A stretch of DNA of 55,848 bases, filler included, from Platydemus manokwari (Eukaryota), in NCBI GenBank assembly GCA_037951405.1. It is 5 parts of 5 records of this genome, joined end to end, with 100 filler letters (N's around TTAATTAATTAA, not from the genome) between each part and the next. Parts side by side here need not be neighbours in the genome. Positions count along the whole stretch, not along the records: positions 11,644 to 26,142 come from JBBMOY011451420.1; 4 more parts are not named here. One strand, written 5' to 3'. Shown here in pieces: positions 12,557 through 26,242 of this stretch. A program made the position numbers and the translations under genes. The notes below the pieces were generated by a model, which saw only the letters and a list, made by a program, of their open reading frames with translations, made no database searches and was not told the DNA's origin. Every line of letters starts with the position of its first letter. Position 1 is the stretch's first letter.

Positions 12557-13834
12557 ATGCCGGATTCTAGAGAAAATTCCGAACCAAATGATGATAGCAA
12601 AAGTAATACTGAATCAACGTTAAAAAATTCGCCAAAATCAAAAGAAAATATCATTCCTCGAAAACTGACAATACCAGCATCCAGTCAATTACCTTTACCA
12701 TTAATATTTCCTAATGTTGATCCCAAAATAAGAATTGTAGCACCGAATCCCGGATTAACATCACCAATGTTTTTCAATCCAATGTTTTTTCAATCCAATA
12801 TGATGAATATGATGAATTTTCATTATCTCAATCAAGGTATATTTATACCTCAAAATGCAGGAAACAATGAGTTCTTCTTTATACCTGGTAATATTGGATT
12901 GGAACAAAATAATCGAGGTCCCAATGAAAAGTTAAACGAAGTGACTTCTGGGCATCAAAACAATGAGACAAAAAACGAAAACATTGATAGTAAAAGTTCT
13001 GCAAGTTCTGATTTACGAGATCCTCCTCAACAGATTTATTTCGTACCGAAATTAGACTCCAGAGCCAAAAGCATTCATGAAGAATTTAAACATGATAAAA
13101 ACTATGACACTTATTTGGTTCCCATAAAAATAAAGAAAGAAGTAAATGGAAACATTGAGTTATTACCTGAATCCAATACTCAAATAATCACGCAACAACC
13201 TAACCTCAATCAATTAAATATCCTTAAAAAAATTTATCTTTTAAAGAATCAAAATAAATCTGAAGAACCGAATAATTTTGCTCAAATTGTTAAAGTAGAT
13301 GATGAGTTTATAGAAAACTGTAAAGAAACTAGTACATCAATCAATGAAGATATGATTAATAGTATCCAAGACAAAACCCAAGGTTATATGATGGTAAGAT
13401 TTAATAAAACAAATACAAATGATGTTGTGACCATAGAGAGTGATATATCTAATAAAACTCTGAATAGTAATTCTTTAAAATTATCTGCGGCAGAAAGTGT
13501 AATATCTCATGATGATATCATAGTTAAACGAAGTAAAAGTAAAAAGAAAGGAAAAGTACATATTCTTACTCTATCAGCCGAACTGGAAAAAAATATACAA
13601 TCAACTCAACGAACGTCAAGATTTCGAAGATTAAGAATTGATGATAAAACCCATTGTTGGCATACCAATTCTTCTTCGTGTACAGATACAAAACTTCGTG
13701 ATATACCACCGAATATTCTCAATTTGTCAGTATCAAATGCAATTAACATTCCACCATCAATATTTAATTTATTCAATCAACAACCAATACCAACATATTT
13801 ACCAGGTAATAATAACAATATATATATACGTTAG
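12557..13834 (+). CDS. Uncharacterised single-exon 425-aa protein, largely low-complexity/disordered (N/P/Q/S-rich, basic NLS-like KRSKSKKKGK)
   Basis: A 1278-nt open frame in very AT-rich DNA is unlikely by chance. No domain recognised. Confidence 0.65.
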   Translation: MPDSRENSEPNDDSKSNTESTLKNSPKSKENIIPRKLTIPASSQLPLPLIFPNVDPKIRIVAPNPGLTSPMFFNPMFFQSNMMNMMNFHYLNQGIFIPQNAGNNEFFFIPGNIGLEQNNRGPNEKLNEVTSGHQNNETKNENIDSKSSASSDLRDPPQQIYFVPKLDSRAKSIHEEFKHDKNYDTYLVPIKIKKEVNGNIELLPESNTQIITQQPNLNQLNILKKIYLLKNQNKSEEPNNFAQIVKVDDEFIENCKETSTSINEDMINSIQDKTQGYMMVRFNKTNTNDVVTIESDISNKTLNSNSLKLSAAESVISHDDIIVKRSKSKKKGKVHILTLSAELEKNIQSTQRTSRFRRLRIDDKTHCWHTNSSSCTDTKLRDIPPNILNLSVSNAINIPPSIFNLFNQQPIPTYLPGNNNNIYIR

Positions 13835-16800
13835 GAGTGATGATGTAGTAATATCTAATTCCATAATAAAACTGTTCTAATTCACATACTGCAGGAATTA
13901 CTAGAACCTGTGACATATGTTCTTTTCATTTTTCTCACGTTTTCGACACAAATATATGACTCTGAGTTTATTAGTAAGCTAAAGTCAAAGACAAGTTGAC
14001 TTTATATTCGAATGGTATTAATAGATTTCAAATATTATTTATAATTTATTTAATTTAAATAATTTTCGCTACTTATAAATAACAAGTAATATAAAATACG
14101 GGGAATAATAGAAAAAAATTATAAATTTTTGATAATAATTATTGAATAGGTAATTTACTCTCAGGAGCAATTCCAAATTGTGAGCACAGTTTTCTACAAG
14201 GTTATTATTATTTTTTATTAGTTTTTTATATTAATGTTTGAATTTTTATTATAGTTATTTGATTATACTATTTAATATCTGATAACTGATTTTTATTAAA
14301 ATATGGCATCTATATCATCTACAGAACATTCTTTTACTATAACTTTGCACCCTTAAACTTATCAGACCTTACAACTCAAATAGCTAAAATGATAACAGGT
14401 AGAAAAATAAGAATTAAAAACAATCGATCCTACAAAAAGTTGATAATTTTTCCTCTGAAATGAAAAAAAGCAACCTCTAGATCAAATTATTAACTGAAGT
14501 CGGAGTTTAAAACGACAAATACGTATTTTTCACGATGTTGCTAAATAAAACCACTGATTTACTATAAAGAATAATTTAATTTTTACTTCGAAATATCGAA
14601 TGATTATCAAAACAATGATTCTCAAGAAATAACTAAGTTAATGATTTAAAGAAACCCGGTGTGCTAAAGTGGAATTTAGGTTTCATATTATTTATCTATG
14701 ATCAAAGAATCATAAAGAATCATCGCTATAATCTTCAGCAACTTCTAAATCCTATGAAATAAAAATCATAAATATTTGTATATCTGCATAACATTTTCTC
14801 TCAGAGAAAATTACTGAAAATCTAATTTATGATTCATTGATTTTTTTATTCTTCTAAATTTAAGATGCATTGATATTATCGTGATAACAATAAATTAAGC
14901 TGAAGATTTGATAAAATTCTTCTGGTTTCGATAATTCATTTCTCAAGACCTTTTAGATTTATAATCCAAATCAATTCAGAAAAAACCATAATGTTTCCCT
15001 GGTTTTGGTTTTTAATATAAATTGTTGTAGTGTTTTTAGTTTCTTGAGAAATGAAATTTTTATAAAGGATCCTCGAAAATTTTGATAAATTCGAAATTTA
15101 CAATATATTCAGATTACGAAAAATCTTGCATTGGCTCTATTTATCACATATTTAAACAAAATAATGAAAAATATATAAATTATTAATTACTAATTTCACT
15201 TTAAATTTCCAATGAAAAATTAGAACATGTTTCACTCCTTATGAAAAACAAACGCAGCGAACTTTCTGCAATCAATGATGTTAATTCACTTCCATGTTTA
15301 TTTTGACAGATTTAAATAATCTAGGTGAATTTTCAATAGATGTTAGTGAATAATCTTTTCATTTTTATTTCTTGTTTAGATTTATACTGCAATATGTTTG
15401 AATTTATTCTCAATCATTGAATTGCGATTTTCATCTTACCTTACAATTTAGATGAACGGTATTTTATTTTAGCAATTCTTTTAAATGGGGAAATCCACCA
15501 ACTACTACCAATTGAGAAAATAGTTTATTTTATTTGATTCATTGTTTTAATCATCGAAATTTCTCCTGCATTGCTTATAATATTGTCATTATAGCATTGC
15601 CTCTAATCTGACACATGAAAAGTTTCAGGATGACAGTGATGATTAAAAACTGCAGAGAAACATCTTAGAGAGGGTTCTGATTTATAAATGAATTTGGGAT
15701 TAGTTTTATTATCTTCAACTTTGATTATAAGCTATACCGATAATAAATACTCAATAATAATTTTTTTCGTTTAGATAAAAAATTGAAGGAAAACCTTGAG
15801 AAGGAGCATTCCCAAAATGCGAACAAACGACGCTTTTGGTATTATATGTGTTCGATGAACAATTGTGAATTTACAAAAACCGAAAAAAGCATTATATAAC
15901 TTTTCTTTTCGTAAGTTTGAACTTCACTTAAAATTATTTGACTTAAGTTATAAAAATTTGTAAAATCATGATGTTGAAGCTAATAAATGTTTTATAATAA
16001 ACGGAACAAGTTTATAAGTGTAATTTCTAATATTTTATTATTATTATTATTACTATTATTAACCAAAAATCTTTTCGCTAAGTTTTGCCATGGACTAAAT
16101 ATAATCCATTACTAAATATAAACTATAACATTCATTTCTAGAATAATGCACGAGTCAGAATTATAAGTAAAATTGAGAATTGCAATATTTTATTAAAAGT
16201 AATATTTTCAATTAACTAGATATACATTGATGCCATTATTACAAAGATGATCTTGATAATTTGAGATCAATTTGATTCAATAAATATGCTATTTTTATTT
16301 TTATAATCATTTTACAATATTTAATATTTTTATTTGAGAGCTACACAATCTCATTTAGTATTCTGATTTTAGATCAAATCAATGACATAGACTAATAAAT
16401 TTTATAATGCTTCATTTGATTAACTATTAAAGCTATTCTTTAATTTATATATTTTCCGGGAAACTCGGCACCAAAATGAACAGATGATGAGTTCTGATTT
16501 TAAAATATGAACTTCATTTTCAGAAAAAAAAAAACATTTCAAATAAATTATTTGAAAATGCAGTTAATTAAATATGTTATTCATTTGAGATTTTAAGTGT
16601 TTGAATTAATTGGTATTGTTCATAATTAAAATTGAGGTTTTCGTTTTCCGAAATAGAAACAAGAAAAAAATTAAAAATACTTTTTTAAAATTATTTTTGG
16701 TTCGAAAAAGGGTTCGATAGTAAGTATTGGAGACTACACTGCTGGAAAAAATTATCTAAAGGCTTTATTTAGAGTTTGTTATTATAATCAAAGATTAAAT

Positions 16801-19800
16801 GTGACAAATTTCCGTTTATCCAAATAGAATTTTATACGGAAAGCTCAATTTATGATTATCGTTAACTGTACTGTACAATAATCATTGACACACTGAACAA
16901 AACAATTGTTATTTATAAAATTTTATTTTTGAAAATAAAGATGTGCAGAAAATAAAATAAAACGTAAACAATAAATATTCCATATCCGATACCTCGTATA
17001 AGTGAATTATCCGGAGTCCAAGCCGGCAGAGAAGACAAGAAAATTATAAGTTAAAATACAATGGCGTTAAATTATGAGTTAATATTTATAATGACTAAAT
17101 GCTTTACAATAAAATACTTATCCAAGAAAAAAAAATTACCCTTAATATAATCCGCTCAATTGAAGAATAAAATATCTTCAGATTAGTAATAAATTCACGA
17201 AAAAAACTTTCTCACGAATCTATTAACTGATACTCCTTGTTCGAAAAGCCAATCAAATGAACTTTTCGAATAAATATTCTGAATATTCTTTATTTGCCTT
17301 ATTAGTTTGTAATCGTAGGTGATCATAGGGTGATCATTCGGTTCTAATATTTATAGTCATGTCGATGGAGTCGTTAATTATGTAAATATTCTTTTCTTAA
17401 TTATCATTTTGTCGCATTTATATTGCTTCATTACTTATCTTTTCCTTACATAAATATAAAATGATTAAATACAATAAGGTATTCGATTACAATTTTTATT
17501 ATGTTTTTTTCACTGTCGGTTGTCATTAAAGATCTGATAAATCTCGCTCATCAATTAAAATTATTTGAATCAAAATTTTCCATTATTTCACTCCATTATA
17601 GAGATAGCAAATGACAGACTCGTTTTGTCGTTACATCATCAAATAGATTTTTGAAATCAAATTTTCCTCATCTATTCAGACTTAGTTTTGTTTGTTTTGT
17701 TGTAAATTTTGAAATATGTGAGAACATTCTTGATGGGAGTATTTTTTGAGTCAAAATTTTTAAATGTATTTAATTAATCGCTACAAAAATATAATTTTTC
17801 TTGTTTTCAGTTTGATATTTTAATTGTTCAAATGTTTATTGATTAATAATTTCGAATAACTTCATGTCAACATTTACAATGATTCAATCAATTCTTTATT
17901 CCATTTATAATGTTCATATAGCACTTGAAATATATAATTATTCCCATAAACTATTTTTCATTCGATCATTCCAAATAAGGCTTATTTGGGATTAAATCGA
18001 GTGCCAATGTGGGTGGGATTTTATTCTACAAGGTTAAAAATAAACATATGCTCTTCACCAATATTAAATTTAACAACAATTAATTACTTATTCCAGCAAA
18101 TTCAAATTCTCTATAAAATCTACTCACGAAATTATTAAGTAATACAATGTTTGTTTTTATCATATCAATAAAGAAATGGTCGATTTTCTTTCAGTATCAA
18201 TTTGTCTTTCACATTTTTCTTGAAAAACATTCGAATTATTGATCTTCTACTGGATCTCAACAATAAAACATTAAGTCTCATGACATAATAATTGATACTG
18301 GAGGATCTTAAAAATATTCTATTTAATATTACAAATCAAATATATCAGATTCTCTTTAAAATAGTTCCAAAATATAAGGACATCGTTGAAATTTTCGAAA
18401 GTTATCTCAAATTTGGATTCATGAATTATGATTCGAATTGTTGCTCGACATTTTAATATTTCTCCAATAATTTTCTATTTTCTTTATATTAGGTATTAAT
18501 TTTCTATTAACATGGCTCCTGATTTTTTGTTTATAATTTTCGTTCGACACCATAAATTGATTAAATAAAACAAATGCACACACACATACATACATACACA
18601 CTGTTACAGGAATAAATTATCATTTAGAGTGAAACCGTAGTGAATTGAAACTTCATAAATGACTAATAACCATTACTAATATAGATTGTATTCGTCACTG
18701 ATTACTTCTATTACTGACAATATGTATTTTTATATATGTTGCATGAGAAGAGTAGCATGTTTGATGTCGCAAAATTATCACAATCCAGTTTTGGAACATG
18801 GCATTTTCTATAAATTAATACGATTCTCTTCAATATCTCTTCGAACATTGATGCTCTCACTTAATCAATTAAATCCTTTAATATTTTTTAAACCGGAGTC
18901 TATTTATTATAAAATCAAACATGATATTAAATTCCAGATGACATTCGTTAGATTTGATAATATATTGGATTATAGATTTTCCCCTTGTATTTCACAAAAT
19001 TATTTATTGATCAGCATTAATTTCCATATCTTAAGTTTCTAAATCAAATTCTCATACGATTTGTTTCTCCATCGAACTGGAATTATTTTTCCAATGATAA
19101 TTATATCCATTTGCAAATGATTTGTCTTAAAAAATTGTCTTTGTCCATTATTCAGGGAATAAAGTTGTTTGAGTCATTTCTTATGTAAGTGTTGCATTTT
19201 ATTGCATCGTCTTTGTTCATTTGTGCTTGTGTCATTGGAAAAAATAAACAAGATTCGATTTTTGACATATGGGGTGACTTATTGAGAATTAGTAGTTTTT
19301 TTTTGCAGTTAGTTTATTTGTAAATAAAAAATAATAGTAACATGAAACAATTCTCAATCAATTGATGTTGATATTATGACAATGATTTACCATATGTAGG
19401 TGATGATAATTGAAATAAATAATCGATATTAAACACTTGAATAGAGAGCTATGTGATTTACTATGTGTTTGTATGTGCATCATTTGTTGTTTGATCTGTG
19501 ATGCCCAATCAGATTTTATTCGAGCATTTATAAGTTTCAGATAAATGCTGTCTATTTCAGCTGTTTTGTGTATGGACAGCACTGAGTAGAATAATCATTT
19601 TATTAACTCATTTTACCTTTAATGAATCAAATGGGAAAGCTAATCATGATTGCTTGAAAAGTATATTATGGTGCTCCAGATATTATTTAGGTCAAATATA
19701 TCCAATTATTTTGTCCGAAATCATGAAATCGATTAGAAAATTCTATTTTGTTATCCTTTGTGAGTGATATAAAATAATAAATCAACATTGATTTCGTCCT

Positions 19801-20715
19801 GGATTTCAACTAAAATCGCCTGGCAAACAATAATACGATTCCAGCTGCATCATTTGTCTATATTTTTGAACTTTACCAATTATTTTCAATCGGTTTTTTT
19901 ATAATAATACTGCGTTCAAATTACATCAGTAAAATTACTTTTATGACATCCAATTAAAAATTATAACAGTTAAATATTTGATATTTCTGTCTGTTAAAAC
20001 AATACTTTGTGATAATATCGGTTTCGATGAGGATAAAATCTTGTTGGTAAGAGTCATTTCTATCATTGAATAATGAAATTATTTGTAGGATATTAATAAT
20101 TTGCGTTATAATCAATTTCTAAACTTTATTTATCGGTCATCATTTAAATAGATGTTTGATTTTAGAATGTGTGTGTGTGTGTTAATCATCATATAATATA
20201 ATACAAAGGTTGCATTGTATAATCAAAAAACGATGTGGATGCCAAAATCAAATTTCTAGTATTCTCTTAAAATATAATAGGAAAAATCATTAATTGTTTT
20301 CTTTATTAATAATTTGTTGGACAAAGAAAGAAAAATCTGTACATATTCGGCTTATTTAGCTCATCAACTTTCACACAAGCACAATGAAAACAACTAATAT
20401 CATCGCTACGAAGTTGAAGAAGGGATTTTTTATTATTATTTTCCAGTTACCTATAAATAGATGGTAATTATTTTAAGCAATTATATTAGAATATTAGTTT
20501 ATCTGATACAATAAATAGTCTTCCTTGTTCGATTAACATTTATTTATTTGCGTCTAGTACGACAGATCGACATATTGTATGTTAATAATGATTTCTGATG
20601 TTATATTAGTAGAATAATCAATTATCATCCCAAACAGAATGGGCTGTTAAGATAAATAATTGCAAATATTCATTTTATATTAAATAAATTTATATTTAAT
20701 TATTATTATTATAAG

Positions 20716-23700
20716 GAATATCGCAATTTGGCACTGGGCCACAACACAAATGAAGTGCGAATGGTTTTCACACCGTTTAATTGCGTCCAATGTGGTACCG
20801 ATTTCACACCACTTTGGAAGCGAGAACGACCAGGCAGCAGCAAAGTCGTATGTGAATCTTGTTGTGGTGAAAATTATCGTCGGGCTCTACAAAATGATTA
20901 TCAGGATAAAATTCGTCTTGTTCTCAAAAAATATCAAGATCAGGTTTGGACGTTTTTGATTGGTCAATAAGAATTAATGAAAAATATTTTTATATATTTA
21001 ACGTGGCATTATTTGAATAACCCAATTGATATGATTCTATAAACAGAAATATTTGCTTAGCATGTCAACATTTTTCGAAATATGATTGGCTAATTGTAAA
21101 TTGTGTAAAAGTTTTGAACAATCGAGTTTGGAAAATCTCATACAAATATCATTTTTATTTCAAAAGATTAAATTTAACCATAAATAAATCATGATCAAAC
21201 CTTGAATTAGGATAAACTGTACACACACCTATACTTGTATATGTGTGTGTCTGTGTGACGGTGTGCGTATAATTATCAGATCTAAATGTTTTCTAAAGCA
21301 TTTTCACGAAAACAGGTTTTCAATTTTCTATGCTTTCATTACAAAAATATTTTCCTCAAAAGCTTCTTGTATTTTACTTGGGTACTATTGGAACAAGAAA
21401 TGAAATTTGTTTCCCTTTTTTGTAACGAGTATATTTATTTTTCATTCAATTTATATCTAATCAATAAAAGGAGAAATCTGGGAGAAGAAAAAATATTTGT
21501 ATTTAAAGCCTAAATATTGATATAAGAAGTCTTCTAATTTTTGTCGACGAACTGACAGTCGTTCATTTTTTATGAAGTTAATTTTACATTAATATTTATC
21601 AAAATTTTTCTCTCATTTATCAATGACCAAAATTCTAAAAATATAATCAAATATACAAATATGAATTGTGCAACGTGTACAACGAATATTTGTTTCTGAA
21701 TTTTTGACTTACACGTCAGAGAGATAATGAAAAAGTGACACGAATGTTGTTCCATATTTTGAGTAACCATAGTAACTGGATTTCTAAAATCTCCAAATGG
21801 AATCAATATGCAAAAATATATAAATTCTTGAGTGATTTGATCCTGATTTTAATTTATATAAATCTTCTATTTATATCGTCTCAATGCAGTGATGTCTACA
21901 AATCAATATCCCACACGTGTTTTCCAATAAACAATGAATGATCATTTTCATGTGTAATCGTTATTAATATTGTGTGAAATTGAAAATGTTTTAAACTGGA
22001 AAATCAATTATTGAATTCGTTTCTGTGTTTGTTTTAAAAATCATTAACATATTTAATGAATTTTCGAATATTGTTTCCAATTGTTTTTCAATATTTCCCC
22101 GACTAATCTGTCTCGTCAGATCTCAAATCAATTCATTTCATTTCTTATTTATTTTTATAATCATGCTCAAAATTGTTTCCGAAAATCTTTCTGTGGTTTT
22201 TGAATTTATTCAATATGAAATCGAACCAAAGCAATAAAACAATTGCTATAAAATATTGAATAAACTGGATTTTCTAATACGTTTGTAAATAATTTATGTC
22301 TCTGTGGTGTCACAAGCATCTTGAAGTTATCAATATTACAATAAATATCTTAGAAACAAAGTTGCTTTGCATTTATAGATTTAATTGATAAACCAAATCG
22401 TTATTTCCCATTCTAGGAACGTGATCTGGATCGTGATTATAAAGATATGCTCGATAGTCCCAAAAAATTCGAATTATTCCGTAAAGAGCAAGAGAAAAAA
22501 TTACTGGCAATGAGTACGACCAGTACTAGGCCTAGTACTGCAGCTACGCAACCAGGATCTCGAACATCCACAACTGGACACCATCATCAGACTCCCACTA
22601 ACACAGTTAGTGCTACACCACCTCAAGGTCGTCCCACTCATCGCCCTTCTAATTCGGTTGCCACCGTCAGTAATACAGGTCGATCAGCTTCGACCACGGG
22701 ATCGCAGCAATATGCACAACAACAAATGCGCCATCAGAATACAACATCCAGTGGAATCAGTGCTTCCTCAACCCCTGCATCACAGTTAACTGTTGACCAA
22801 CTCGCATACATGCAAATGTTTCAGGCCCTCAATCAACTTAGTTCATCAAGCACCCGTGAGTCACTTTATTTAATCGATTAAATATTTTATGCGCACATCA
22901 TAATTATTGGATCTGTTTTATCTGGAACATGTTCTTAATCCTGTTGAATGTTGAATTTATTGATTTATTGACCTGGGATGGTGATAATTTAAAAATTAGA
23001 TTTACCCCGATTTCATTGGTTGGGCTTCTCTAAGATTAACAAATCTTTGACAAAATTGTTTATCTCCGATTCTCCTCTAAATCTTCAGTATAGAAAACAA
23101 TTATCTCATTGTTACATGTTAGAATATCGTCGAATATAATATGAGATGTACCAATTTGAAAGATTCGAGCCCGAAAATCAATATCCATGAGATAATGGTG
23201 TGTGCGTGTTTGTGTGTTATAAATATCAATATATTCATTAATCACAAGGGATTGTAATTGAAAATGGTATATTTCATGATTGTGTGTCGATTATTTCATT
23301 AAATCATTTCCGCAAGACTAATAAATAATAAGTTGAAAGGTTGAGTTGATCTCGTTCTCCTGGCCATAAATCAATACTTTATTCACTAAAATATATGCTG
23401 GACATGAATTCAAAACGATATTTGTTCCTTTCAACATCAACTCCAATGATAATGATGTGTGTGTTAATTGCCTGGTATCAAGCGATAAAATCAATACTTT
23501 GCTGTGATGATTTATCACACATGAGTTGATCCTATTAATGTTATCTCTATTACGTCATCAGTAAATCAGCAAGCCTCTCGTCAACAACAACAGCTCATGC
23601 AACAAATCGTTCAGATGGCCTATATGAGCAGTGCCAGCACTCTCTTAGGCGGTTCCACAAACAGTGCAGCTGCAAATTCATTTGTTCAATTTCTTAGTAA

Positions 23701-23842
23701 CATGGCAGGTCTCCTCAACAATCCCACCAGCACTCCCGATACGACCAGTGCAACTGGAAACAGCACTGCCAGCAATGCTCTTTTGAATTATTATCTTTCG
23801 ATGCTACAACAACAACAGGCGGCAGCTAATTCTGACAAATGA
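20716..23842 (+). CDS. GATAD2: GATAD2/p66 (simjang)-like NuRD subunit, 3' three exons (5' part not identified)
   Basis: Exon 20716-20943 encodes the CR2 GATA-like finger PFNCVQCGTDFTPLWKRERPGSSKVVCESCCGENYRRALQNDYQDKIRLVLKKYQDQ (cf. p66 CAQCxTDFTxxW...CExC...NxKKALK). It joins in phase 0 to 22417-22855 (ERDLDRDY..., S/T/Q-rich) and in phase 1 to 23562-23842 (...QQQQAAANSDK*). All introns are GT-AG. Confidence 0.85.
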
Positions 23843-25231
23843 TTCTTGATGGGTAGTCCCTCCTGCAGAGGGCCCGGAATGACTCATGCGTATTTATTTG
23901 TGTAAAAGTCTATTTGTTTTCTACTATATAAATTTTTATGACTACCGTCACGTTGTTGTTATCTTATTGGACAATATTGATTCAAATGAGATGTTTTTGG
24001 TGGTTATTGATGAGAAAGGGTTTAACGTAAATATGATGATTTTTGTGAAGTTTTTTCAATATACAAATTGTGTGCTTTTTGCTGACATATTGGTAATATA
24101 TATATGTGTGTGTAAATCACGTGATTTCTGACAAATCTGATTGGCTGAGGAAGATGGAGTTGGAAATTTTTGATGATTTTGAGGATTGGAATTCAGATTT
24201 TTTTAACCATCGAGATGGAACTTGTTAGGACTAGGGAACTTGGGATTATTTGAACATTTTTCCTAAGATATTTCGCATATAGGCTGTGCTCACATTGGTT
24301 TTTGGAGTCGGCTGGGAATGCTCAATTAACAAAAACTCCTCTGAAAAGAATATCACGAGAGACTACTGGCTAAAACTTGACTACTACTTAGACTACTCCA
24401 CTGCCTTGGTAATCGTCATTCGTATTTAAAATTAGTAACCTGGTGTATGAGGGATTTTAAATTTATCTAAAGAGAACACTTATGTAAAGAAATTCTGTTT
24501 TGAAAGAGTTTAATATTTCCATTTAAGACAGAGTTCCATCCTTTAATAAGCTCACAAGATCAATAAAGCAGCTAATTTTTATATCATCCTATCGTATTAA
24601 TTATTGTCAAAAATCGATTACGGATTTCAGCCCTCGTGTGATTTTTCAATTACATTCCAATACTGACTCAGAATCACAGTTTATAATGAACATCGGATGA
24701 ACTTCAAAATGCAAATTGCTAATTATTTATTGGAACTAGGAATTCGTGTTTCGTAGGCAAAATTACACCTGATTTACCAAATTTGAACTTGCATTTAATG
24801 TCAAACAAGTTATTGATTAATGTGAGACAGACGATTATTAATTACTTTCTTTTAATCTACAAAAACAAATGTTTATAAATTGCTTTCTATTACTTGCAAG
24901 AATTGCATCAATTATCGCGTATAAACAGTTCCTTCAAATTATTTATTTATCAGTGAAAATGAAAATTTTATCCACAGAATTAGTATATTTTATTTGAAAT
25001 TGTTTACAGGAACAAAATTTTATTTTATTTGTTTGAAAAATAATTCAAAAATGAAATTAATGTGGCATAAACTATTCGAAGTGAGTAATGTGATAATTTA
25101 ATATTTCATTCTGATATTTAGAAAATGATATCAAGTTTTTTTTTAATTTATAGATCGCATCGGGTTTGTTTTCAGCTTTATCTCTCTTAAAATATTTACG
25201 AACACAAGAAAATCAACGCGTGTGATTATAA

Positions 25232-26142
25232 TGTTGGGATCCCCACCTAGCACATCAGCACAAAATCCCCATTTAACCCACCTAGTATATAAAATATAAA
25301 ATTGTACAAACATCTCAAAAATATAAATTTAGTTAGGATTCCCGTATGAGTAAAATATTGTAACCCAGTTAATCTTTGAGTATGGATTGGTAGGAGCTCG
25401 AATATAACAAGCCAGAATATGAAAATGTGAAAATGATGTCAACAGTTCGCCCCAAACACAATCCCAAAACAATGCAACAATCCAAAAAAGAAACAATTTA
25501 CTTTGTGTCATAACAATATTGATATTATGTGCTTTGTGTTATAACAATATTAATATTATGTGTCTAACATTAACATTTGCATGGAATAATATTATGTGTT
25601 TGACAATTAACATTTATATGGAATATTATGTGTCTTAATATTTTTATTCTTTATTTTTTTAATTTTTATTTTTTGTTGTGAAAATCCGATGGAGGATTAA
25701 AAGAGAGAAAAAACGCGGAAAATTTAAAATAAATAAATAATTAATAAAGATAATTAATATAATAAAAAAGATAATTAACAATATAGGTATAGAGATATAA
25801 TAATAATAAACAAAAAAAGTTTGATAAATAATACTTATCAATAATAAGAAATAGAAAAATATGCACTTTTAACCGTGAGAACGGTGTAATTTAAAACGCA
25901 TAAAGCGTGAAAAATTCAGCCAAGCGCATAAACAAAAATAGTAACACGCGCAATGGCATGAAGAGCTGAGCGCGTAGGTGTCATGATCAGTCAGTATAAA
26001 TAGAGACTGCTGATCATGGCATGACACCGAACACTGAAACCGAACACAACACCAAAAAACCACTCCAGAAAACACTACTAGAAAAGTGCGACTGTGATCA
26101 AGAAAATCGATAAAAGCATAGCAGAGAAACTAGAAGCTATTA
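25232..26142 (+). mobile_element. Probable LTR-like fragment, cut by the assembly join
   Basis: Starts TGTTGGGATCCCC. Contains internal ~30-40-bp tandem repeats (25503-25635), a TATAAATAG box at ~25995 and a downstream CA-rich tract. No partner LTR or coding region seen. Confidence 0.4.
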
Positions 26143-26242
26143 NNNNNNNNNNNNNNNNNNNNNNNNNNNNNNNNNNNNNNNNNNNNTTAATTAATTAANN
26201 NNNNNNNNNNNNNNNNNNNNNNNNNNNNNNNNNNNNNNNNNN
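26143..26242. other. Artificial contig spacer
   Basis: Same 100-nt N/TTAATTAATTAA/N pattern. Confidence 0.95.

Noticed and set aside
25503-25635. Repeat-spacer-like pattern (CRISPR-like)
   Set aside because: Eukaryotic context, units are imperfect tandem duplications without unique spacers, and there are no cas genes.
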